Made by a program: the position numbers and the translations under genes
Notes under the pieces: generated by a model
Told to the model about the DNA's origin: nothing
What the model saw: the letters and a program-made list of their open reading frames with translations, nothing else
Database searches by the model: none
NCBI GenBank assembly: GCA_048128005.1
Contig: JBEUKZ010000036.1
Location: 186,001-250,000, forward strand
Origin: Veleropilina oligotropha
Taxonomy: Eukaryota
Length of the DNA: 64,000 bases
Reading direction: 5' to 3'
In this document: in pieces, positions 24,293 to 37,300 of the stretch
How positions within the stretch are numbered: position 1 is the stretch's first letter
How the letters are laid out: every line of letters starts with the position of its first letter

Positions 24293-25848
24293 TTTTTGTA
24301 TACGCCCACCGATGGCGAGATGTATTATCTCAAGAAATATACCATCTTTAAATATGAAATTATCTGGGTGGGCTCATCGTGTGACAATGAAGAAGCCTAA
24401 TTTCATTTTCAACCCTGTCGCTCGATTTGTCGCTGACTTCCGTCCCATGATCGAAAACAAAAATAATTTCGTTTCCGCACGATAACTATAAAAAACAAAT
24501 TATTGTATCCCCCGAAACGAAAGTGTCGGGGATACTATGGTTTAGTGTCTGTTACGCCACCGCCGCGTCCGCTGAGTGATTCCTCGCGGTCGCTCTAGAC
24601 AGGCCATTTCTTAACAGAACGTTTTCAAATTTTGTATGACATTTTATTGTGCATTGGTTTGGGCGAGGACACGATACCTATAGATTTTGGGTGTGGTCCG
24701 ACCTCCAAGATGGCCACTGTGGCCTCTCCATCATGGATTTTAAAGCATAATTCCCTGTGAACGCTCTAGACAGCCATTTCTTAACGGAATGTTTTCAAAT
24801 TTGGTATGTGCATTGGTTGCATGAGGCTAGGATACGACACCTATATATTTTGGGTATGGCTCGACCTCCAAGATGGCCACCACGACCACCATAATTGCTT
24901 GTAATCGCTCTACACAGGTCATTTCTTAACGGAATGTTTTTAAATTTGGTTTGCGCATTGATTAGTGTAAGGACACATCACATATTTCGGGTGTGGTCTG
25001 ACATCCAAGATGGCCACCGCCGAGAGATTCCTCGTGATCGCTCTAGACAGGCCATTTCTTAACGGAATGTTTACAAATTTGGTATGTGCATTGGTTTGGG
25101 TGAGGACACATCACCTAGAGATTTTAAGTGTGGTCCGACCTCCAAGATGTGGCGACCATCTTGGAATTTAAAGCATACAATTCCTTGTGATTGCACTAGA
25201 CAGGTCATTACCGGGGATACATTCATTATGCAGTCACTCGTGACTGAGCGTTCTAGTTTTTCAATGAAACTGGATGCTTTAATAAATCATGTGACAAGGA
25301 AGAAGCCTATTCATTTTCAACCCTGTTGCTCGACTTGTAGCTGACTTCTGGCTCTTATTCAAAAACAAGGAAAATGTTCAAAAACTAGGAAAATTTTATT
25401 TCCGCACGATAACTATAAAATTATTTTTCAATGAAACTTTCCGGAAGGATTAATGATAATGATGTGACAAGGTAAAGGCCTAATCATTTCCTAATCATTT
25501 CCAGCCATGTCGATCCATTTGTCCTTGACTTCTGACCCATTTTTGATAAAAAAAAAATTTGTTTCCGCACGATAACTATAAGCCAATATAAATTATTTCA
25601 CAATGAAACTTTCCCGACAGCTTGATCATGTGTCAAGAAAGAAGCCTATTCGTTTTCATCCTTGTCACTCAATTTGTATTGTCTTCTGACTCTCGTTCGA
25701 AAACAAAGAAATTTCATTTTGCACTCAGCAAAAAGAAATTGTTTTTCGATTAAACTTGCTGAATAGGTTAATCATGTGACAAATAATCCTATTCAAACTA
25801 GTTACGAATTGCGCGGGCGTTTTATGTATCGTTTACGTTACTCTTGTT
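24293..25848 (+). mobile_element. HINE-like element (core repeats tttccgcacgataacta) containing a nested HINE
   Basis: 5' tttt-gtatacgccc; 3' gggcgttt...ctcttgtt; repeated aagaagcctattcattttcaaccctg units. Confidence 0.65.
24503..25258 (+). mobile_element. Nested HINE-like element with ~130-150-bp repeats
   Basis: SubTIR tgtatccccc / ggggataca; 3' hairpin cagtcactcgtgactg then ctagtt; inserted at TT within a host repeat unit. Confidence 0.8.
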
Positions 25849-25970
25849 AATGTATGCAATTAACTTGAGAGGCAAGCTTGAATTGAACCGCCGATATAAG
25901 GTCATGCGTGCAGGGCTCGCCTACCTGCCGGGTGGTTGCAGACTCAGTACTTTAAAGACCGGGGTGCCAC

Positions 25971-26003
25971 TATAAAAGGGAGCAGGCGGTGCCCAGGTCA
26001 TTT
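25971..26003 (+). promoter_or_regulatory. TATA box plus initiator-like core promoter (duplicate at 49557-49589)
   Basis: TATAAAAG starts 29 nt upstream of the A in TCATTT (TCAKTY-type Inr); ATTGG (reverse CCAAT) motifs nearby. Confidence 0.35.
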
Positions 26004-26525
26004 CTGAGTTAGCAACAGATGAGATCACATCGAAGAATCGACATAATGATTGGTTGGCAAATTATAATAACAAGACTGCGACTTTGATTGGCAGTCACAT
26101 AACAAAAGACATGTAATTACTGTGATTTAATGATGTGTTATTTTAGTGTAGGAAATTCACTTCACAGGCAAGCTTGGATAACAGACAACAGAAGGTCACG
26201 CCTCAAAAGCACAGGCATCGCCTACCTACCGGGTGGTTGCAGATTCCGGCCAATAACGCATCACATGTACCTTAACATTAACTTCAATTAGCATTTTTGG
26301 GTGGCATTGTTTGAATTTTGTGACATACAACATCAGAGACCTGAGATTTCTGGATATGGGTTGGGACTTTTCCCATTGAACGGCATCTCCCTGGGGCTGA
26401 TCTAGGCTTATTTTGTGCCCGTTATATCGGTTTTGGGCGCCCATACTGGAGAAATTGAAAAAAAATAAAACCATTGATTTACCTATAAAAAATTATAGTT
26501 TATCTGCTATAGGCTTTACTCTTAA

Positions 26526-26632
26526 CTCTTTGCCTGCTGGCGGCAGGAAATCCTGCCCTGCCATTGTTATGCAAGGCACTCACATAGCATTAGTTAATGA
26601 GCTATCCATTGTGTTCCTTAGCATGCTAAGAG
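26526..26632. mobile_element. 107-bp TTAA-specific (piggyBac-like) MITE, absent from duplicate copy 2
   Basis: ttaa-ctctttgcctgct...agcatgctaagag-ttaa (11/13 TIR match). Copy 2 has the empty site ctcttaaggc at ~50105. Confidence 0.85.
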
Positions 26633-26946
26633 TTAAGGCTACAAAATTTAGGTGACAAATCGGTATAAAATGAAAAATTTGTCGCTATTTACAATGTTAT
26701 TATGTAGGTCTACACTTTTATTTCTCTTGCGATTTTGTCGATATATTTATTTCGCTGGATTTGTTTTAGCGATATATTATCTCCCCTACTTCTCATGTGT
26801 CTGCTTCATTTCCTGCTAAGATCGCTCGTTTCCTAGCTATGGCTATTGAGAGTTTTGTTAATTGTTTCACATTCTGAATGCTTTGTGATGTCATCCATTG
26901 TCGCATAACAATGACTGTCATTTGTTTCAATGCCTGGTATAATTTA

Positions 26947-29900
26947 TTAGGCCCCGCAGGGAGGCCTATAGTGATCACCTTTTTCCGTCCGTCCGTCCTT
27001 CCGTCCGTCCGTCCGACCTGCACATTCTTTCATTTGCTCAATCTTAAGGTTAAGGTCCCAGGTTAAAGTTTCTTTTGCGCAATCTGCTGATGTTGCAAAG
27101 TATAAATAATAGACAATAAATAAATAAAGAAGAGTAGGTACTCAACTACTATTAATAGGCTTTACTTAATGGAATTTGATTCAAATTACCTTGGTTAAGG
27201 TTCCATTGTGATTATTTATGATTTTTAAATATAAACAACTTTATTGAATGTCGACCACTTGTTTAATTATTATTTTTATTATTTTTAAATATAAACATAA
27301 CTTTGGTGAAAGTCGATCACTTGTCTCTCTGTCAGACTTGCTCTAGGCTTGTAGTGTATGCTACAGGCACAGTAAGCAGTGAGACTTAAGGTGATAGTTT
27401 ATGAGGTTATATACTTGTATATATTATAGCTTCCCTGTTCGGAATATCCAACAGCTTCTTTGATCATGCTATGATGCCGATCAAGAGTAAACTATCCCAT
27501 GGTCAGTGAATGTCCCAGGTTAATGTGCCATATGCTCAATCTTAAGGTTAAGATCACAGTAGAGTTTCATTTGCCCAATCTTCTAATAAGATCCCAGGTT
27601 AAAGATTCATTTGCCCAATCTTCAGGTTAAGGCCCCAGGTTAACGTTTGTTTTGCCCAATCTTCTGGTTAAGGTCCCAGGTCAAAGTTTCTACTTGTTTG
27701 ATTTCTGAAGATTTGCGTTTGGCTCTGTTTCTCAAAAGTATAAGATCTAGATCAACATAACAATAGATGTTTCATGGGTACTGATGTTAAATGAATGCTT
27801 CGGATGCTGAATATTAGTATATAACATATATTATATAGTACAATGACTTTGTCATCATAGTAATCATTAAATCTGTGTTAAGATTTTGCTTTGTTTCCAT
27901 ATATCTTTTCACTCTAGCATCAGTTCAACTTCAAACTTCACATGTGCAAACCTTATGAGCTGAAAAAAGTGCATACATATTTTTTTTTAAATAATAATAA
28001 ATTACAAAAATTATTAAAAAAAAAATCTTTTTTATATATCAAGAAGTTTCATGATTGATTTTCATCATGTCTCTAGCAGTTATTCTGAAATAATTAGGGC
28101 CCCGTCAGGGAGCCCTATAGTGATCACCTTTTCCATCCTTCCGTCCGTCCGTCTGTCCTTCCGTCCGTCCGTCCGTCCGATGCTCATTTGGTTAAGGTTC
28201 AGGTTAAACCTTCTGTTAACATAATTTGATATGAATGTATGGTAATAAATGAACAAGGGAATGTTCCTAAATGCTGTATTGAGATTAACGAAAGGAATTT
28301 CATATGTTTAATTGACATAGGAGAGAATTTAGGTTCAAAAATCTTGGTTAAGCTGTTTGGTTAAACGTTCTATTTGGTATTAATGGTTCACTTTTTCCGT
28401 ATAATTTGCTTGATAAAGGCACTTTTTTGTCGCAGGCTTCTTTGAATATTACTGTTATGGATAATTCCAGAAACTGGAGTGTTGATATCGAACGAATTTA
28501 TTAGAAATTTTCATGGTTAAGGTACCAGGTTAAAGGTTCAACTTGAAGCATTTTTGAAAGTTTTATGGTCAGGTTTGATTTTTTAACAAAGTTAAATGCT
28601 TGGTTATCATTTCAAGGAGCACTTTTATTAAAGGTATTTGCAACTGTTACCAAATGAATTTATTTTTTTTAACTTTTAACAGTAAATTTAAAAGAAAATA
28701 GTTTGGTTAAGGTACCAGGTTAAGGGTTCTCATTGAATCATTTTTGAAAGTTTTTTAGCAGTTTTTACAATGTTATATGATTGAATATCATTTCAAGGAG
28801 CAGTTTTATTACAGGTAATTGTAATTGTTACCAATTGGATTCATTTCTTAAAATTTTATCGGGAAATTTAAAAGAAAATAGTGTGGTTAAGATTCCAAGT
28901 TTTAGTTTCTAAGCATTTTTGAAAGTTTTATGGCCATGTTTGATATTCTAACAGACTTAAATGTTTGTAATGCATGGTAGCTGTAAATGTTATCTAATGG
29001 ATACATTGAAATTTTACATTTCAAATTTTAAATTTATTTTTAAATTTAATTTTAAATTTTAAATTTAATTGTAAATTTAATTGAAAAGAAAATCTTTATT
29101 GATCTTCAATGTCTATCTGTTTCGGTCATTTGTCTCTCTGTCAGACTTGCTCTAGGCTTGTAGTTGTTACTACAGGTACAGTAAGCCGTGAGACTTAAGG
29201 TGACAGGTTGTGGGGCTATATATATTTAATATCATAGCTTCCCTGTTGGCAGTAGCCAATGGGTTCTTGATCATACTAGTATCAAGAGCAAGCTGTATCC
29301 CATGGCCAATACAAGCTTCATAAAATGGTCAATGTGTGTGGAATCATAAATGTTATTAGGGCCCCGTCAGTGTCCGAGCTCTATTGTGATCACCTTTTCC
29401 ATACGTCCGTCGCACATTTACTTAAGGTCCAGGAACCAAGGTTAAACATTCTGTAAACATAATTAAAGCTCCGTCAGGGAGCCCTGTAGGGATCACTTTT
29501 TTCGTCCGTCGCATATTTGGTTAAGGTCCAGGTTAAAAACCTTTTGTTAACATAATTTGATATGAATGTATGGCAATAAATGAACAAGGAAATGTTCCTA
29601 CATGCTGTATTGAGATTAGCGAAAGGACTTTCACATGTTTAATTGGCATAGGAGAGAATTTAGCTGCAAAAATCTTAGTTAATATGCTGTTTGTAAATTT
29701 AACATGTTTAATCGACATAGGAGAGAATTTAGCATAACAAATCTTGGATAAGCTGTTTGGTTTTGGTTAAACGTTCTATTTGGTATTAATAATTCACTAT
29801 TTTCATATACTTTGCCTGATAAAGTCACTTTTTTGTCAATGGCTTGTATTTGAAATAAATTCAAAGCAAACCAAATAAATAATTATGGCCCTGCAAGGCG

Positions 29901-30310
29901 GCCCTATAGTAATCACCTTTGCCATCCTTCCGTCCGTCCGTCGCAGATTTGGTTAAGGTTCAGGTTAACGCTTCTGTTAACACACTTTGCCCTGAATGTA
30001 TGGCAATAAATGAACAAGAGAATGTTCCTACATGCTGTAGTGGCATTAGTTTAAGGAATTTGACATGTTTAATGGACATTGAAGGGAATTAAGCTCTAAA
30101 AGTCTTGGTTAAGGTGTTTGGTTAAAGCTTCCAATTGGTGCTAATACTTAATATTTTCATATTCTTTGTTTGATAAAGACACTTTTTTGTCAAAGGTTTG
30201 CTTGAAGATCACTATTATGAATCCTTCCTGAAACTGTAGTGTTGATATTGAAGGAATTTACTTGAAAATTTTATGGTTAAGGTACCAGGTTAAAGCTTCT
30301 ACTTGAAGCA
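26947..30310 (+). mobile_element. HINE-like composite repeat, truncated by the duplication junction (complete copy at 50422-55010)
   Basis: 5' ttaggccccgcag, (CCGT)n, repeated ggttaaggt units; the head motif recurs at ~28095, 29357, 29468 and 29886. Confidence 0.75.
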
Positions 30311-30416
30311 TCTGTCATTCCTCAACTAGTATCTTCGTACCGAGAAGTTCAAGCAAGAAACACTCTCGAAGATACGAACGGCCATCCGTCCGGGCGACTG
30401 GGCAGCGTCTATCGAC

Positions 30417-32030
30417 TTGACCGATGCGTACCTACACGTTCCGATGCACGTCTCGGCTCACCGGGACCTACGGTTTGTCCACGGGGGAACGGTCTACCAA
30501 TTCAGGTGTCTACCGTTCGGTCTATCGTCAGCCCCGTACGTCTTCACGCGGGTAGTACCGGCTCTCGGGGCCTTCCTACACTCGCAAGGGCACAGAGTAC
30601 ACATGTACCTCGACGACTGGTTGATTCTCGGGGCGTCCCGGGATCAGTGCCTCCAGTCTATGAGCGTTACCCTGTCATCGGCGAAGCGCCTAGGATTACA
30701 GATCAACAACGAGAAATCCTGCTTCGTGCCCTCGACGACGTTTACATTTCTAGGGGTCGAATTTGACACGGTCCGGTACACCGCGAAACCGACTCAGAAA
30801 CGTATAGAGAACCTACGCGCAGTTATACTGAAAACGAAGTCTTCACGGATAACTACAGCGCAACGACTGGCCACTGTCCTAGGGCACATCGAGTCGGTAG
30901 CTCCCCTGTTACCGACGGGTCGCATGGACAAGCGACCGTTGCAGCAGGCCTTCAAGGACCGCTGGATACAACGTACGGGACAGTGGACGGATCGCATCGA
31001 TCTACGGCATTGGTTCACTCGCACGACAGCAGTGTGGCTGAACACTACCCTGCCGAGTCAGTCGGTTCCGATATCCCCCCCAGAACCGAACGCCTACCTC
31101 TTCACGGACGCGTCAAACGAGGGCTGGGGAGGTCACCTCGACAGTCACGAGACATCGGGCCTATGGCCGACGGACCTTCAGGGACGACACATCAACTTCC
31201 TAGAGTTAGAAGCCGTCTACCTGTCAGTACGGTCACATCTCCGCAACAAGCACATAATGCTAGCAACGGACAACACGACTGTCGTCGCTTACATTCAGCA
31301 CCAGGGCGGCACTCGCTCCCGTCCACTTTGCGACCGAGCGATCGACCTACACCGCCTAGTGATGTCACTCAACTCGACAATTCGAGCCCGACACATCCCG
31401 GGGAAGCTGAATGTCAGAGCGGATACGCTCTCACGGAAAACACAGATAATACACACAGAGTGGACGCTACACGCCCGTGTAGCCCGAGATGTCTGTCGCC
31501 TGTGGTCGCAGCCTCAAGTCGATCTATTCGCAACCGAATACAATCACCGACTCCCTCTCTATGTGTCTCCTTACCCGGACCCGGCCGCTATAGCGGTCGA
31601 CGCTCTGTCAATGACATGGGAGAATCTGATCGCCTACGCCTTTCCGCCGTCGTGCATGTTGCCACAAGTACTACGGAAAGCAACACGCGAAGACTGCGAG
31701 TTGACGCTAATAGCACCCCTACAACGCACGCAGTCCTGGTTTCCGACACTTCTGGATCTACTCATCGATCAGCCACTAGCGCTCCCGCAGATGACAGACC
31801 TGTTATCGCAACCGCGCAGTCGGGTTCTACACCCGTCGGCGAACGAGTTTCACTTTCACGCCTGGCGACTATCGAGAGATCGCTCATTAAGAAAGGATTT
31901 TCTAGAGCGACAGCCCAGCGCATCTACCGATCTAGAAGGCAATCTACAACAAAGGTATACGACTACCGATGGAAGAAATTTGTGGATTGGTGTCGCGGGC
32001 GGCAAGTCAATATATTCCGCCCCCCTGTGA
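30417..32030 (+). pseudogene. pol: Truncated DIRS-A RT-RH-MT copy
   Basis: Translation identical to 14087-15700. Confidence 0.9.
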
Positions 32031-32944
32031 CAAAATTTATCGAGTTTTTGTCGTCGTTGCTCGAACGTGGAATGTCCATTTCCGCTGTCAAAGGCTACCG
32101 ATCATGCGTAGCAACGACGTTATGACAATGCCGCGAGCACACCCGCTTGTCTACCGACAAGACAATATCGGATTTTATACGCTCCTACCAACTCGAACGA
32201 CCCGCTCAGCAGGTGCGGCCGCCTGCGTGGAATATCATGTTGATTCTCAATGCTTTACTTAGATGCCCGTTCGAACCTATGAGTGAATGCTCCCTCAAAA
32301 ATCTCACTTATAAGACCGTATTACTTACCGCTCTCGCCACCGGTAATCGGGCATCGGAGATACACGCATTATCCGGAGAGCTGCGAGATATACACTTCCA
32401 CTCCGATGGGTCGTTGACGCTGCATACGGTCCTTGGCTTCTTAGCGAAGACACAAAGACCTGAAGATATCTGTCCCGAGGTTTGTATCCGTAACCTCTCC
32501 ATGTTGGGTAGAGACGATATCGACCGGCTGAACTGCCCCGTTCGTGCGCTGAGATTCTATCTGGACAGGACCCGTGACCTACGGCACGGCAAAAAGCGTT
32601 TATTCATAAGCCACATGTCCCAATTCAACCGCGATATTCGCAAGTCGACTGTATCACGTTGGATAGTCTCTGTTGTAAAAGAAATTTACAAGCGGTCCGA
32701 CGAGCCAGATCGAGATCTCGTTTCAATTCATGCGCATGAAACACGGGTCTTAGCGACCTCCTTGGCCTTCAAGTATAATTTAAATATCAATGCAATCTTA
32801 AAGGCTGGTTATTGGAAGAGTGATAATACCTTTGTTCGCTTTTACCTGCGTGATTACGCAACCACGGCATCTGGCGAACATAGCATTTCCTTTGTCGCAG
32901 CAAATCAGCAATGTATTAGAGGATCTAGGTCATCCTTTCAGTAA
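30983..32944 (+). pseudogene. DIRS-A tyrosine recombinase copy with internal TGA
   Basis: Translations identical to 14653-15795 and 15817-16614. Confidence 0.9.
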
Positions 32945-34938
32945 ATGGTAAAACTTTAAAAAGGATTATTACCAGGGAACTGAGGTAATGTAATGTATTT
33001 CTATTCGTGTACATTGTAACACACTTAGAATTTATTTCAATGTTATTTCTTTTCTTAATTCATTAAGAAATTGAAATTATCTAGTCATAACTGAGTTAAT
33101 ATGACATTAATGCTCACATTGGATGCAAACATTTTCATTACGAAATCTTAAAAATGTTTATTGTAAATAATATTATTTTTAAAAATGTTCTACTTGCTGT
33201 CGCAGAACATTTCAATGTCTTTACATTGAGAAATTTTAATATTATTCCATACTTAAAATTATTTAAGTAACATGTTGACATTTTGCAAGATAGACATGCA
33301 AAATTTTTATTAATTCAAGATGAAGATAATTGAATATTCTTCAATCTATTAATAATTGTCAAGGTTTTATATTATAGCACAGTAAACCTGCCTAGGTTCG
33401 GGTGCCTCTAAAAACCTCGTCTGCAGTTTTCTGTCTGCCGACCTTTGAATCCGGAATATTCAGATCACTGCTTTTGCCCATGACACGAGTGCCTACAAGG
33501 TATACCTTTCGCACGGTGTCCGGAGCTACATGCACTTTCGTGTTACCTGTCCGACTAACATCCCTGGCGTGTTTTCCCAGATTTCTTGGTCGAAATCTCA
33601 CCTCGGGGTAAGAGTAGATTAGATGCTCAGTAAATCTACTCTGAACGGACTCGATCTCAATGCTAAAGCGTCGTCTTCCGGTAACAAGTAAGTTTTAATT
33701 TTGGTGTATGGAACTTATAACTCCGCCAACCAAAGTTATTCTTGGCATTAGTAAGGACGTAAGTATATTTGATATAGATAGGACGATTAAAGGTAATCCC
33801 CTTGTATCTATAATAATATACTTACGTCCTTACCCACTTGGCCCACCCTGCTTCGCACCTCCCCTCTTATATAAGTTCTTTGCCTTGTTGTTTGCTAAAA
33901 ACTTCGGATGAGGTCATGACCTTTGGGTCACGGGGATCTCGCGGGAGTTGGCGAGCTCTTTATAAGGCATGAACTTGAGGAGGTCGAGCAGGTCAGTGGG
34001 TCAACTGGGTTAAATTTACTAAAAGTGCGAAAATTACCATTTCGACCTTGTCCGGATTTAGCGATAATAGGCTTATTATGGCATTACATGTAGTAAGGAC
34101 GTAAGTATATTATTATAGATACAAGGGGATTACCTTTAATCCTCCTATTGTCATTATTCATAATTAAGCCCAATTGTTTAACTGTCAAACTGGAATTGAA
34201 TGGATCAGACTCGTTTTCGTATTCATGATATGTAAAATATGATTTTGACAAAATGCGGAACGGAACAAAATGCGAGGTGCGCATTTAGTTTCGAACCATA
34301 CTTGAGTCTTGTCAACACCTTATTTAATGATTTGCCCTTCCCGCCACAATTCCGTTCTTCCATAAATTTCATTAACCCCAATCGCCATCTTTGTTGTTTA
34401 CATTTTTCAATTGTCAGCGGCTGTTGGTAAACTTTTTGAAAGTGACGTATATGCATCAAATTTAACGAAGTTGTGCATTATATGTATGTGTACATGATTC
34501 GTTTCTTATCCGGGAGTACATAATATGACAGTAAGTATAATGCTGTACGATATTGCTTCTATTTTGAACGTTTTATAATTTCAATAATCAGCAGTGAGAA
34601 GAAATGGCAGCTCAGCCGTTAGAGCCTGTGCAGGAACTCGTAGGCTCTAACGTTGTTGGAGTAGGTTCGGGCAGACTGACACCAATTTCATGAAGATATG
34701 ATCAAATGATAGATTTTTATTGAAATTATTATTGTAACTGGGCAATATATATTATTGTCAAATAGAAATCTGTCTTACTTGATGAGCAGAAATCTACGCA
34801 ACTTCGCCCAAAACTAGATCTATTGGAATTGTCACTCGGTGTGATGTAATTAAAAGCGGACCGCTTTTCATTATTTTTACGTCTTCACGAGCGATTAATT
34901 TAAACGGTAGCAAATTACTGACAAAAGTTGAGTGCTTT

Positions 34939-37300
34939 TTGGCTCGCATGCAACGCAGATGCGAGCCTATGTAATGATGATGTACGTCCGTCCGGCCGTC
35001 CGGCCGTCCGTCCGGCCGTCCGTCCGTCCGGCCGTCTGTCCGGCCGTCCGCAGTGAATGTTAAAGTTTTTCAATCATGCTATATAGGCAACCCTGTGCTC
35101 TCTTTATCATAATATTATTGTAGATATATCTATTCCCATGTTCACAACACTACACTAGTAATATTGAATGTAATTTAAATAATATTTTGCTTCAAAATGC
35201 TGCTTTTGGACTTAGAAATTTTGAATGTTAAAGTTTTTCAATAATGCTATATAGGCAAACAATTGCACTCTTTATCATCGTTTTATATGACATATGGATA
35301 CTCCAATGTTGCACGACACTATAACAGTAACATGGCATGTTATTTAAATCAAATTTTACCTCAAATTGCTACTTCTGGACTTAGAAATATTTTGTTAAAG
35401 TTTTTAGTTAAAGTTTTTCAATGATGCTATAATATCTGAAATTGAAACTTTTTAGCATCTTCGAACATTAGATATGTTTATTTCAATATCCTATGGCACC
35501 AGACAGTATTATTTAAGGTAAATTAAATTTATTTTATCACAAAAAAGGAAGTTGTGAGATTTTAATTTGGAAAATTTTATAAAGTTAGATGTTGAAGTGT
35601 TTTTCTCAAGGTTACATGTACAATCTCTTGCATGCTTTCAATTTTTTGCTCGCATGCAATGCAGATGCGAGCCTATGTAATGATGATGTACGTCTGTCCG
35701 CCGTGAATGTTAAAGTTTTTCAATGATGCTATATAGGCAACCCTGTGCTTTCTTTATCATAATTTTATTGTAGATATGTCTATTTCCATGTTGCATAGCA
35801 CTACACTAGTAATATTGAATGTAATTTAAATAAAATTTTACTTCAAAATGCTGCTTTTGCACTTAGAAATTTTGAATGTTAAAGTTTTTCAATAATGCTA
35901 TATAGGCAAACATACACTCTTTTAGTTTATCATCGTTGTATTTGACATATGTCTACTGCAATGTTGCACGATGCTATGACAGTAATATGGAATGTAATTT
36001 AAATCAAATTTTACTTCAAAGTGCTACATCTGGACATAGAAATTATTTTGTTAAAATTTGTGTTAAAGTTTTTCATTGATGATATAATGTCTGACATTGA
36101 AGATTTTTTGCATCGTTGAACATTAGATATGTATATTTCAATATCCCATAACACCAGAGCAGTATTATTTAAGGTAAATCTATTTTATCACATACAAGAA
36201 TTTATGAGATTTTAACTTGGGATATTTTATAAAGGTAAATGTTAAAGTTTTTTTTCTCAAGGTTACAATCTCATGCATGCTTTCCATTTTTGAAGTTTTA
36301 TTGAATCCCATGCAACACATATGCTAGCCTATTTAATGATAATGTCCGTCTGGTTGTCTGTCCACCGCCTGCAGTAAATGTTAAAGTTTTTCAATCATGA
36401 TCTATAGGCAACCATGTGCAATCTTTTCCACCTTTTTATTTTAGATAAGTATTTTCCAATATTGCACGACATTATAAAACTAAAATTGAATATGATTTAT
36501 ATCAAATTTTGCTTCAAGATGCAAATTTTGGACTTATAAATATTTGTTAAAGTTTTTGGTTAAAGTATATCAATTTTGCTATAACTTTTTGGCATATATA
36601 CGCTTTTGTAGGCATTATATGGATGACACCTGGTACTCTGGAAGTGAGATTGAATAAAATTTAATATAATTATTGCGTAAATGTAGGTGTTTTTTAACAT
36701 AGAAATTTTGGTTAAAGTTTTTCATTGAGTGTATATGGGTTGTTGAAACAACATTTTGGTGTATATATGCTTTGGTATTGATAATATGAATGTCAACTGA
36801 TACTATGGAAGTGATGCTAAATTAAATTTAATATAATTATTGCATAAAAATATGTGTTTGTGGACATATGGGTTGTACTATGCACTGTTTTACATCCATA
36901 TACTGTAGTGTTGACTAGATTGATGCTGCTCCCTCATCTGCAAGTTATTTATAATATAAATAACATGTGAAATTAGTGTTTGTGGACATAGAAATTTTTG
37001 TTTTGCATTGATTTATAGTAATAGTGACTAATGCTACTCCGTAGTAATGAATTTTTGTAATTACTCGATTCCAAAAGTGTCATTCTTCTACTTTAATGTT
37101 TGAATTGTGTTGGTGAACTCACACAAATAATTATTACAATTCAAAATATATTGCTTTATTCATGGTTAATCCAAGGTCCTAGAATATTATATATTACTGT
37201 GATTGGTTCTAAGAACTCCAGACAATTTAATTAATGTATGGCTACTAGAGAATTGTGCAATATGTCATGCGAGCCATATCACGTCTTCGACGTTCTAGTT
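34939..37300 (+). mobile_element. HINE-like element (duplicate of 18609-20982)
   Basis: Same termini and repeats; microsatellite is 12 bp shorter. Confidence 0.8.

Larger units (their letters stand above)
13981..30310 (+). repeat. Tandem segmental duplication, copy 1 (16,330 bp)
   Basis: 13981 onward (tctgtcattcctcaactag) recurs at 30311; ...acttgaagca ending at 30310 recurs ending at 53780. Confidence 0.95.
30311..34148 (+). mobile_element. 5'-truncated duplicate of DIRS-A (RT-RH-MT, YR, ICR 33743-33833, right ITR 33897-34148)
   Basis: Virtually identical to 13981-17818, including all nonsense codons. Created by the duplication, not by transposition. Confidence 0.95.

Noticed and set aside
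26010..26060. Hammerhead-like cagatgag...atcgaca
   Set aside because: The core deviates from CUGAnGA and GAAA in both monomers, and stems I/III are not evident.
30311..34148. Independent DIRS transposition event
   Set aside because: It has no left ITR and shares 12 kb of downstream flank with DIRS-A, so it is part of the segmental duplication.
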